The notes under the pieces were generated by a model. That model did no database searches. It had not been told where the DNA came from and was given only the letters and a program-made list of their open reading frames with translations. DNA of 64,000 bases from Candidatus Falkowbacteria bacterium (GTDB lineage: Bacteria > Patescibacteriota > Patescibacteriia > Patescibacteriales > UBA12465). The stretch spans positions 8,127-72,126 of the forward strand of contig JAPLVZ010000012.1 of the NCBI GenBank assembly GCA_026396805.1, in the 5' to 3' direction. The number at the start of each line of letters is the position of its first letter. Positions within the stretch are counted from its first letter, which is position 1. This document shows positions 56,204-63,890 of this stretch, in pieces. Made by a program: the position numbers and the translations under genes.

Positions 56204-57046
56204 ATGGCTAAAAATTTTAACAAAAACGTCGATAAGAACATCGCCTTATTTGGAAATGATCCGGTCCGTAGAATATGGGATGAAAAGGAAGAACGATGGT
56301 ATTTTAGCGTCGTAGACGTGGTACGAGTTCTCGCGGATAGTTCTCGGCCCGACGCTTACTGGGTCGCGATGAAAGCTCGGGTAAAAAGTGATGATGGAAT
56401 TCAGTTATCTACAATTTGTAGGCAACTGAAGCTGGAGGCTTCTGATGGTAAAAGATATCAGACTGATTGCGCTAATACCGAAGGCGTACTTCGTATCATT
56501 CAATCAATCCCTTCCCCTAAAGCCGAACCCTTTAAGCGCTGGCTGGCTAAGGTCGGACAGGAACGGATACGGGAGATAAACGATCCGGAGATTGCTTTAA
56601 ACCGTTCTCGGGAGCTTTGGCAAAAGCATGGCCGAAGCGAGTCGTGGATTCAACGAAGGATGATGGGGCAAGAAACTAGAAATAAACTGACTGATTATTG
56701 GAGCGAACACGATGTTAAAAAGGGTGATGAGTTTGCGATTCTGACTAATATTATCCACGAAGAATGGAGTGATTTATCGGTGAAAAAGCATAAAGATTTG
56801 AAAGGTTTGAAAACGCAGAATTTACGCGACCACATGAGCGAAGAAGAATTAATTTTCTCCGCCTTAGCCGAAATGTCTACTAGAAAAATCGCGGAAACGG
56901 AACAGACTGCCGGTCTGGAGGCTAATAAAATTCCTGCCAAGAAAGGCGGCAAAATCGCGAAAGATGCGAGAACTGCTTTAGAAGAGAAAACCGGCCAAAG
57001 CGTGATTACCGGTCGGAACTTTTTACCGAAGTTAAAAAATAAATAA
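56204..57046 (+). CDS. Bro-N / DinD-like protein (copy B)
   Basis: 280 aa with the same motif set as copy A. The 5' leader ataataattaattatctgaatttatg is nearly identical to that of copy A. Confidence 0.8.
   Translation: MAKNFNKNVDKNIALFGNDPVRRIWDEKEERWYFSVVDVVRVLADSSRPDAYWVAMKARVKSDDGIQLSTICRQLKLEASDGKRYQTDCANTEGVLRIIQSIPSPKAEPFKRWLAKVGQERIREINDPEIALNRSRELWQKHGRSESWIQRRMMGQETRNKLTDYWSEHDVKKGDEFAILTNIIHEEWSDLSVKKHKDLKGLKTQNLRDHMSEEELIFSALAEMSTRKIAETEQTAGLEANKIPAKKGGKIAKDARTALEEKTGQSVITGRNFLPKLKNK
56400..56430. repeat. Intragenic hairpin in Bro-N-like copy B: ttcagttatctacaa t ttgtaggcaactgaa
   Basis: Of 15 arm positions, 13 are Watson-Crick, one is G-U and one is a mismatch. It sits at the same codon position as in copy A, with different outer arm sequence. 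Confidence 0.85.
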
Positions 57047-57076
57047 AGAAAATAATTTATAAATTAATCACGCCGA

Positions 57077-58756
57077 ATGAACTTATTAAATAAACTAAAA
57101 CTTAATCGTCTTTCGGCCTCTTTCTGGGGCTATGTTTTGGTTATTTTAGCGATCGTTTTGCCTTGGTTTTTAAGATCCGGCTATCTATTCTTGACCGATA
57201 ATGTCTGGGGGCCGATTATTAAGCTTGATTGGACCGGCTCCTGGTTCTTCCTTAAGCTTTTGCTTTCGGGCTTATCTTTTATTTTTCCGGTTGATTTTTT
57301 GGAAAAGATTTTTATCAGCGGCGTTTTAGTTCTAATTTTACTGGGCGGCCGGATGTTCGTTAAAGCGGTAACTTCGACGGTATCCCCGGGTCTGGTTTTT
57401 GTTCTGAGTTTATTCGCCCTGTTCAATCCTTTTGTTTACGATCGAGCGCTTTACGGTCAATCCGGCGTTCTTATCGCTTACGGCTTTTTATTATTTGCTG
57501 TCGCCTATTTATTAAGAACTTGGCGAACTTTAGATTTTAAGAATCTGCGTCTCGCCGCGGTTTTTAGCGCTTTAGTTTTAATGTTTGCCGTCCATTTTAT
57601 TTTTTTTCTTACCCCTTTTTGTTTATTATTTTTAATCGGGATGTTTTTAAGGCGCCGGGAAATAAAAGCGGCGGGCGGGCTAAAGAAATTTTGGCTGGCT
57701 TTATTATTTTCTATTGTTATTGTTTTAACTATTAATGCCAATTGGCTGGTTGCTTTAACGCTCAAAGCTTCGCCTTTAGCTAATTTTGTCCAGCAGGGGA
57801 TTACCAGCCAGGATTTAGTCGCTTTTCAGACCGCGGGTAAGAATGGATTGGAGACCTTTACTAACGTTTTATTAATGTCCGGTTTCTGGGGTAAGGATCA
57901 ATATCGTTATTTCGATCTGACGACCGCGCCCGGTTGGCAAAGAAGTTTTATTCTCTTAACCCCGCTTATTTTTTATGGCGTTTACTTAAGTTTTAGAAAA
58001 CGTAGTCGCGGCGAAAAAATTTTAAGCGCCGGTTTGTTTCTTATTTTCGCTTTAGCGGTTTTTTTGGCCGTCGGAATTAAGTCGCCGGTTACGCGCGGTC
58101 TGACTATGTTCCTTTATGATCATCTGCCCTTATATAAAGGTCTGCGGGAACCGCAGAAATGGGTCGCGGTTATTATTCCGGTTTATCTTTTTTACCTGAC
58201 GCTCGGAGTGGCGCGTTTAGCGAAAGTTAAGATTATTCTTAATCATAAAATTTTAAGTGGTATATTTTTAGCCGCCGTGATTATCATGCAGGCGCCGTCC
58301 TTACTTTGGGGATTTAATCGCCAGGCTAAAGCCACGCCGTATCCTAGCGATTGGTACGAAGCCGATAATTTTTTAATTGACCGTACACCGCAGTCTTATA
58401 ACTGTGATGATAAGATTATTTTTTTACCTTGGCACGCATATATGAGTTTTAACTGGGTCGGGAAGATTATCGCTAATCCGGCCGCGACTTTTTTTTCCTG
58501 TCCGATTTTGAGCGGTACGAATATGGAATGGGGCGGAATTTATGATAATAGTCAAGATCCCGACGGTGCGGTAATCGCCACTTGGCTGGCGCTTAAAGGG
58601 CAGGGCGGCTTGCCGGCTATTTCCGGGAACGCGCCGCGCTATATTATTCTGGCGAAAGAAGTGGATTTTAATTCTTATTTATGGTTAAATAAGATTTCCT
58701 ATTTAAGCTTAATCAAAGAAACGCCGACTCTCTTAATTTATGAAGTTAAATTTTAG
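57077..58756 (+). CDS. Polytopic membrane protein (possible GT-C-type glycosyltransferase)
   Basis: 559 aa. About 12 TM helices are followed by a soluble C-terminal domain. No catalytic motif was verified. Confidence 0.5.
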   Translation: MNLLNKLKLNRLSASFWGYVLVILAIVLPWFLRSGYLFLTDNVWGPIIKLDWTGSWFFLKLLLSGLSFIFPVDFLEKIFISGVLVLILLGGRMFVKAVTSTVSPGLVFVLSLFALFNPFVYDRALYGQSGVLIAYGFLLFAVAYLLRTWRTLDFKNLRLAAVFSALVLMFAVHFIFFLTPFCLLFLIGMFLRRREIKAAGGLKKFWLALLFSIVIVLTINANWLVALTLKASPLANFVQQGITSQDLVAFQTAGKNGLETFTNVLLMSGFWGKDQYRYFDLTTAPGWQRSFILLTPLIFYGVYLSFRKRSRGEKILSAGLFLIFALAVFLAVGIKSPVTRGLTMFLYDHLPLYKGLREPQKWVAVIIPVYLFYLTLGVARLAKVKIILNHKILSGIFLAAVIIMQAPSLLWGFNRQAKATPYPSDWYEADNFLIDRTPQSYNCDDKIIFLPWHAYMSFNWVGKIIANPAATFFSCPILSGTNMEWGGIYDNSQDPDGAVIATWLALKGQGGLPAISGNAPRYIILAKEVDFNSYLWLNKISYLSLIKETPTLLIYEVKF

Positions 58757-60026
58757 ACAATCATTGAGCGATAAATTTATCCGGGGAACGTTCTGGCTGA
58801 CGGCCGTCAGTTTTATCAGTTCGGCTTTTAATTATTTTGTCCATCCGATTTTGACCCGCCATCTCACCATTGCCGAATATGGCGATTTTCAAGCGCTATT
58901 ATCTTTCGCTACGATTATCGGTATTATCGGCGCCGTCGTTGCTACCGTGTTGACGAAAGAAATATCGCTTCTTAACACCGCGCGCCCGGAAGAAATTAAT
59001 GCTCTGCGCCGGCGCGCCTCTTCTCGATTATTATTCGTCGGCCTAGCTGTCCTGGCTTTAATTATTATTTTTTCCGGTCCTTTAAATAATCTATTTAAAA
59101 TTAGTGAACCCGCGGTTTTGGTTATTTCTTCTTTAAGTCTGCTTTATATTTTTTCATTAGTTGTTAATCGCGCGACTTTAACCGGCGTGCAGGCTTTTTC
59201 CGCTTTATCTTTAAGCAATTTACTTGATGCCGTCGGCCGTTTAGCGCTGGTTATACTTTTAGTGGTAATTTTTCCTTGGGGACTTTTGGGCGCCGCCTAT
59301 TCTTTGAGTTTTGCTAGCCTGGCCGCTTTTCTAATCAGTTTCTGGCAGATTAAAAAATTAAAATTGCCAGCGGCCGTCGCCGGTTTTAAGCCATCACTCC
59401 GAACTATGTGGCGTTACGCTTTACTTGTTTTATGGTTCACGGCTCTTTATCAGTTTTTCTATAATTTCGACATGCTTCTAGTCAAATCATTTTTCAGTCC
59501 GGAAGAAGCCGGGCTGTACGGGGCGCTGCTCACTATCGGTCGGATTATTTATTTTGTGGGCGGCTCTATACCATTAGTGATGTTTCCGGTTTTAGCCGGC
59601 CTGCAAGGCGATAAGAGTTCACGGCGCTATAAAGTTTTAGGGAAGTCATTATTATTAATGTCCGGCCTGACTATTCCCGCTTATCTCATAATCTCTCTCT
59701 GGCCGGAATTTATTATTAGAATCGTTGTCGGAGTTAAGTATTTAAGCATCGCGCCATATTTGCCGGGTTTCGCTTTGGTTATGCTGTTTTTAACTTTATT
59801 AATGGTTTTGTCTCAATACTTTTTAGCTTTGGCCAAACGTCGCGGCTTAGTCGTTTTAACCTTAGCCGCGTTAGGGGAAATTATTTTGTTAATGTTCTGG
59901 CATGATAATATTTTTGAAATTATTCGCTCGCTCGGTTTGGTTTTCGGCGGGGCGTCACTGGCGCTGATTATTCTGCTTGTTTCTGATTTCCGGCGCGCCC
60001 GGGCATTAGAGCGAAAATATGAATAA
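58740..60026 (+). CDS. MOP-superfamily polysaccharide/oligosaccharide flippase (Wzx-like)
   Basis: 428 aa with ~12 TM helices. The N-terminus SDKFIRGTFWLTAVSFISSAFNYF is typical of polysaccharide biosynthesis flippases. Confidence 0.7.
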   Translation: MKLNFRQSLSDKFIRGTFWLTAVSFISSAFNYFVHPILTRHLTIAEYGDFQALLSFATIIGIIGAVVATVLTKEISLLNTARPEEINALRRRASSRLLFVGLAVLALIIIFSGPLNNLFKISEPAVLVISSLSLLYIFSLVVNRATLTGVQAFSALSLSNLLDAVGRLALVILLVVIFPWGLLGAAYSLSFASLAAFLISFWQIKKLKLPAAVAGFKPSLRTMWRYALLVLWFTALYQFFYNFDMLLVKSFFSPEEAGLYGALLTIGRIIYFVGGSIPLVMFPVLAGLQGDKSSRRYKVLGKSLLLMSGLTIPAYLIISLWPEFIIRIVVGVKYLSIAPYLPGFALVMLFLTLLMVLSQYFLALAKRRGLVVLTLAALGEIILLMFWHDNIFEIIRSLGLVFGGASLALIILLVSDFRRARALERKYE

Positions 60027-60750
60027 AAGAATTGATTTTAAAATTTTGTGGGAAGAACTGCGTGAAAAAATCAGGGAATTTTATCCTTATTTTTTCGGTT
60101 TTTATCTTTTGTCCCTAGTGGTTTCCATTTTTTCCAAAACTTGGAAGAGCTTTTTCTATTGGCCGGCGTTTCATGGCGCGATTATTATTTTTACCGTTCT
60201 TTTTTTACTGACTTTTAAATTGAATTGGCAGCCAAATTTTAAATTAAATTTAAACTTGAAAAATCTTAAACCGCGTTTAAATTTAAAAGAAAATTATTTA
60301 TTATGGCGCGCCGTTTCTTTGAAAGTTTTTAAATTAATGATCATTTTAGCCAAAGAATTTTTTAACGTAGCCGGACGCGTAATCAAAAATTATTTTTTTT
60401 TTATTAAGAAAAAAATTTCCGCGGTCTCCAAGCGTTCCTGGTTGAAAATTATAGTTATTGTTATTTTTCTTCTCCTAGCCTTATTTGAGGGAATCGGTGT
60501 TCTTGATTTTATTGTTTTATTTTACGCTCTAATTTCTTTCCTTTTCGTTCTTGATAGCCGCGCCGCCGCCGGTCTGGCTTTGATTTTATTAGCCTCTTGT
60601 CCCTTCTGGCTGATTTTTAAGAAAGATATTTTAGCCGAAAGTGCGGCTATTTACGCTTATTATTTCCTGATTATTACGGTTCTGACGCAGATTCGGGAGC
60701 TAAAAAAAGAGAAAAACGCTTCAATTCCCGAGACTGAAGATAAAATTTAG
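60019..60750 (+). CDS. Membrane protein of unknown function
   Basis: 243-aa ORF with several TM helices. It overlaps the previous gene by 8 nt. Confidence 0.5.
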   Translation: MNKRIDFKILWEELREKIREFYPYFFGFYLLSLVVSIFSKTWKSFFYWPAFHGAIIIFTVLFLLTFKLNWQPNFKLNLNLKNLKPRLNLKENYLLWRAVSLKVFKLMIILAKEFFNVAGRVIKNYFFFIKKKISAVSKRSWLKIIVIVIFLLLALFEGIGVLDFIVLFYALISFLFVLDSRAAAGLALILLASCPFWLIFKKDILAESAAIYAYYFLIITVLTQIRELKKEKNASIPETEDKI

Positions 60751-60940
60751 AGGTCGGAGAATCGACTCCTTATTGCTTAAATGTTAGTTGTTTTGACCTG
60801 TGGATAACTCAGAGGTAAATTGTTTGTTAAAGTTAGATAAAAGTTGTATAATTAAATTATAAGTCGGATAAAAAATATTATAATTTTTGATAAATAATTA
60901 TAAAAATTACGTAATTTTGTACTTATTTATTTTTAGAACA

Positions 60941-62048
60941 ATGAACAAAATAAAAAGTTTTATTTTTTCGGAAAAGAAATTGTCAGGCGCGATTTTTGGT
61001 ATTTTAATCTTAGTCGCTTTTGCCTTTATCTTCGGTCCGAATATCTACGCGCAATTTGCTCGTAATGATGGCGGAACTACCGGCTATGGTTACGGTTATG
61101 GTTATGGTTCCGGCTATGGTATTAATGACGGTTCCTATCGTACTGGCGGTGGTAATTTAGATCAATATGATTACGGCTATGGTTTTGCCGATACTTATAC
61201 TTGGCTTCAGGGCGGATTTGGATCATGTACTGTTTCTTGTGGAAGCGGTACCCAGACTCAGACCGTAACTTGTCAAGGCAGTACCGATATAGCAGTTGCC
61301 GATTCATATTGTCTCGCTACTGTTGCAAAACCGGCTGTTTCTCAAGCTTGTAATACTCAGTCTTGCAGTTCTGGTGGCGGCGGCGGCGGTTCCTATACGC
61401 CGGCTTGCACGAGTGTGACTTATGGCGATTATGCGGCGGCCTGCTTTGCCGGCTACCAATATCGCGCTGTTACTGCCCGCACTCCGTCTCTCTGCTCCTT
61501 AACTGCGGCGCAACAGGACGCGTCCAGAAAAGTTTGCGGCGCTGTACCGGACGTGAATATAACTGGTCAAGGATTGATCAACTATCAAGATGCCAACAAC
61601 ACGGCTAACTTTATCGCTTTGGAAAAGAACTTGGTTAAGAAGATTAACAAAGCCTTAGCCAAGCGTTTAAGCGGTCGGATTCTCTTGCAGGTGGAAGAAC
61701 ATGGTGAAGCTTGGTATGTTCATCCGATTGACCTTTTGAAGTATTACCTGGGTCGTCCGGCTGATGCTTTTGCCATTATGCGGAAGTTCGGTCTCGGCGT
61801 TAGCGTTCGTTCTCGGCGTTAGCGAGAAAGATTATGCTAACTTTGCCAAAGGCACGGTTCCGGCGCGTCTCGCCGGCCGCATTCTTCTAAGAGTGCAGGC
61901 TCACGGTGAAGCTTATTATATCAATCCGGTTGATATGAAGATGAATTATATGGGTCGTCCGGCTGACGCTTTCGCTTTAATGCGGAAGTTCGGTCTGGGC
62001 ATTACCAATGCTAATTTACGTCAGATTGGCGTCGGTGAGATTAAATAA
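60941..62048 (+). pseudogene. Secreted repeat protein (signal peptide, Gly/Tyr-rich region, TSP1-like Cys repeat, two C-terminal ~50-aa repeats) split by a 19-bp tandem duplication
   Basis: ORFs 60887-61822 and 61764-62048 join in frame if 61806-61824 is removed. The likely start is the ATG at 60941 (MNKIKSF...AFIFGPNIYAQ signal peptide). Confidence 0.75.
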
Positions 62049-62070
62049 TTGATTTGATAGTTTTGGAAAA

Positions 62071-62098
62071 AAGACCCGGGCATTGCTCGGGTCTTTTG
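62071..62098 (+). terminator. Rho-independent terminator
   Basis: aagacccg (62071-62078) pairs with cgggtctt (62088-62095), followed by a T-run. Confidence 0.7.
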
Positions 62099-62227
62099 TG
62101 TTTGGGGCGGGGAAGAATATTAGCGTATCAGCCGCCGCGTTTATCTCTTAATATCAGCTTAAAACGATTTAGAAAATTTTAAGTTTTATTTATAAAGATT
62201 TTATTAATATTTTATCTAATATTAGCC

Positions 62228-62256
62228 TTGATAATTTCAGGTAGATTTGCTATATT
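62228..62256 (+). promoter_or_regulatory. Sigma-70-type promoter (TTGATA, 17-nt spacer, TATATT) for the first NYN gene
   Basis: -35 at 62228-62233 and -10 at 62251-62256. The ATG at 62263 lies 7 nt after the -10, so the mRNA may be leaderless. Confidence 0.55.
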
Positions 62257-62262
62257 GTGGGG

Positions 62263-62796
62263 ATGAAAAATAATTTTAAAAAAAATTTTGCTTATATTGA
62301 CGGCGCCAATCTTCATAAAGGAATAAAAGATTTTGGTTGGCGGCTGGATTATAAGCGTTTTCGCGTTTGGCTGAAAGAAAAATACTCAGTTGAATGCGCC
62401 TATTTATTTATCGGATTAATCCCAAAATATAAAGATTTGTATGCTTTTTTGCAAAAATCCGGGTTTACTCTTATTTTTAAAGAAACAACTTATGATGGTA
62501 ATGGCAGGGTGAAAGGAAATTGTGATGCCGATTTGGTTTTAGCGGCGGTACGTGATACTTTTGAAAATTCTTATTTTAAATCAGTTTTAGTTTCTAGCGA
62601 TGGCGATTACGCGGGTTTAGTGAAATTTCTTTTAGAAAAGAATAAGTTTAAAATTTTACTTTCACCGGATGAACATTGTTCGGTTCTATTAAAACGTACC
62701 AACGCCCCGATTTCTTATTTGAGTGATAAGAGAAATATCTTAGAAAATATTGATCGTCTTTATAAAAAAGCCCCCGATGCGGACAAAACCGCATAA
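62263..62796 (+). CDS. NYN (LabA-like PIN-fold) domain protein, copy 1
   Basis: FAYIDGANLHKG, NCDADLVL and VLVSSDGDYAGLV motifs. The ATG at 62263 is preferred to the GTG at 62257. Confidence 0.8.
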   Translation: MKNNFKKNFAYIDGANLHKGIKDFGWRLDYKRFRVWLKEKYSVECAYLFIGLIPKYKDLYAFLQKSGFTLIFKETTYDGNGRVKGNCDADLVLAAVRDTFENSYFKSVLVSSDGDYAGLVKFLLEKNKFKILLSPDEHCSVLLKRTNAPISYLSDKRNILENIDRLYKKAPDADKTA

Positions 62797-62898
62797 GGGT
62801 CTTTTTTGTAGTGATGGTTATATTTTATCACTTTTTAAAAATAAGTCAACCACCTGTATTAGTCCAACACATATTAGTCGAGTTTAGAAGAAAGCTTC

Positions 62899-62927
62899 TC
62901 AGTTGTCCGAAAAAACCGGACAACTGA
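62899..62927. repeat. Intergenic hairpin G (Bro-type): tcagttgtccg aaaaaac cggacaactga
   Basis: Perfect 11-bp arms. It is related to hairpin D (tgtccga...tcggaca), but the outer arm bases differ and still pair. It abuts the leader of the RhuM fragment. Confidence 0.85.
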
Positions 62928-62949
62928 AATTATTATTAATTTTAAATTT

Positions 62950-63231
62950 ATGGACAAGAAAAACAATCAAATCATTATTTACAGTACGGAAGATGGGAAG
63001 ATGAAGCTTGAGGTTAAGCTTGAAAATGAGACCGTTTGGTTAAGTCAAAAACAGATGGCGGAGCTGTTTGACTGTAGTATCCGGAACATCAGCTTACATT
63101 TACAAAATGTGTTTAATGAGGCTGAACTTAGCGAAAATTCAGTTATGAAGGATTACTTCATAACTGCCTCTGACAAAAAGAATTACCTGATTAAATACTA
63201 CAATTTAGACGCGATTATCTCGGTCGGCTAA
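62950..63231 (+). pseudogene. RhuM N-terminal fragment (93 codons)
   Basis: The first ~62 aa are nearly identical to the intact copy at 28849-29793. It stops at ...YNLDAIISVG*, whereas the intact copy continues YRINS. Confidence 0.75.
63140..63166. repeat. Intragenic hairpin in RhuM copy 4: cagttatgaag gatta cttcataactg
   Basis: Perfect 11-bp arms. The frame was checked, and it encodes SVMKDYFITA. Confidence 0.9.
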
Positions 63232-63265
63232 TGTTAGGGGAAAATATAACTTTTAAAAAAGAAAA

Positions 63266-63799
63266 ATGATTAATAATAAGCAAATAAAAAATTTGGCGTT
63301 CATAGATGGACAAAATTTATACATGGGTACCGCCAAAAGACAAGTTGATCCATGGAGAATAGATCTTGATCGTTTTCGCGTATATTTGGAGAAAAAATAT
63401 AATACCAGTAAAGCTTATTATTTTTTAGGATATGTCCAAAGAATGAATCAAGAATTATATGAGGAAATTCAAAACGCTGGTTTTGTTTTAGTATTTCGCG
63501 AGCATAATCCGGCGATGATTGGAAAGAAAAAGGGGAATGTAGACTCGGATATTATTTTTCAGATAATGAAAAAAATGTATAAAAAAGAAGATTTTGACAA
63601 AATTATTCTTGTCTCCGGAGATGGTGACTATAAATTGCTGGTCGATTTTTTAATTGAAGAAAACAGATTTAAAAAGATTTTATTTCCTGATAGAAGTAAA
63701 AGATCATCCCTTTACAAAAGTTTGTCAAATAAATTTTTTGCTTATTTGGACGATACCGATATTAAAAATAAGATAAAAAAAAAGAAAAGGGTGCCTTAG
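63266..63799 (+). CDS. NYN (LabA-like PIN-fold) domain protein, copy 2
   Basis: LAFIDGQNLYMG, NVDSDIIF and ILVSGDGDYKLLV motifs. It is a paralogue of 62263-62796. Confidence 0.8.
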   Translation: MINNKQIKNLAFIDGQNLYMGTAKRQVDPWRIDLDRFRVYLEKKYNTSKAYYFLGYVQRMNQELYEEIQNAGFVLVFREHNPAMIGKKKGNVDSDIIFQIMKKMYKKEDFDKIILVSGDGDYKLLVDFLIEENRFKKILFPDRSKRSSLYKSLSNKFFAYLDDTDIKNKIKKKKRVP

Positions 63800-63890
63800 G
63801 TAATTAACCGTTCGGACCCCCTTTCGTCGTAATGCTAATATAATAGCAAGTAGGTTAAAAAAGTCAATATTATGATTGAGTTGGAAAACG

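Noticed and set aside
54452-57046. Prophage or phage remnant, because of the Bro-N domains
   Set aside because: No capsid, terminase, portal, tail, integrase or repressor genes are adjacent, and the flanks are chromosomal biosynthetic genes.
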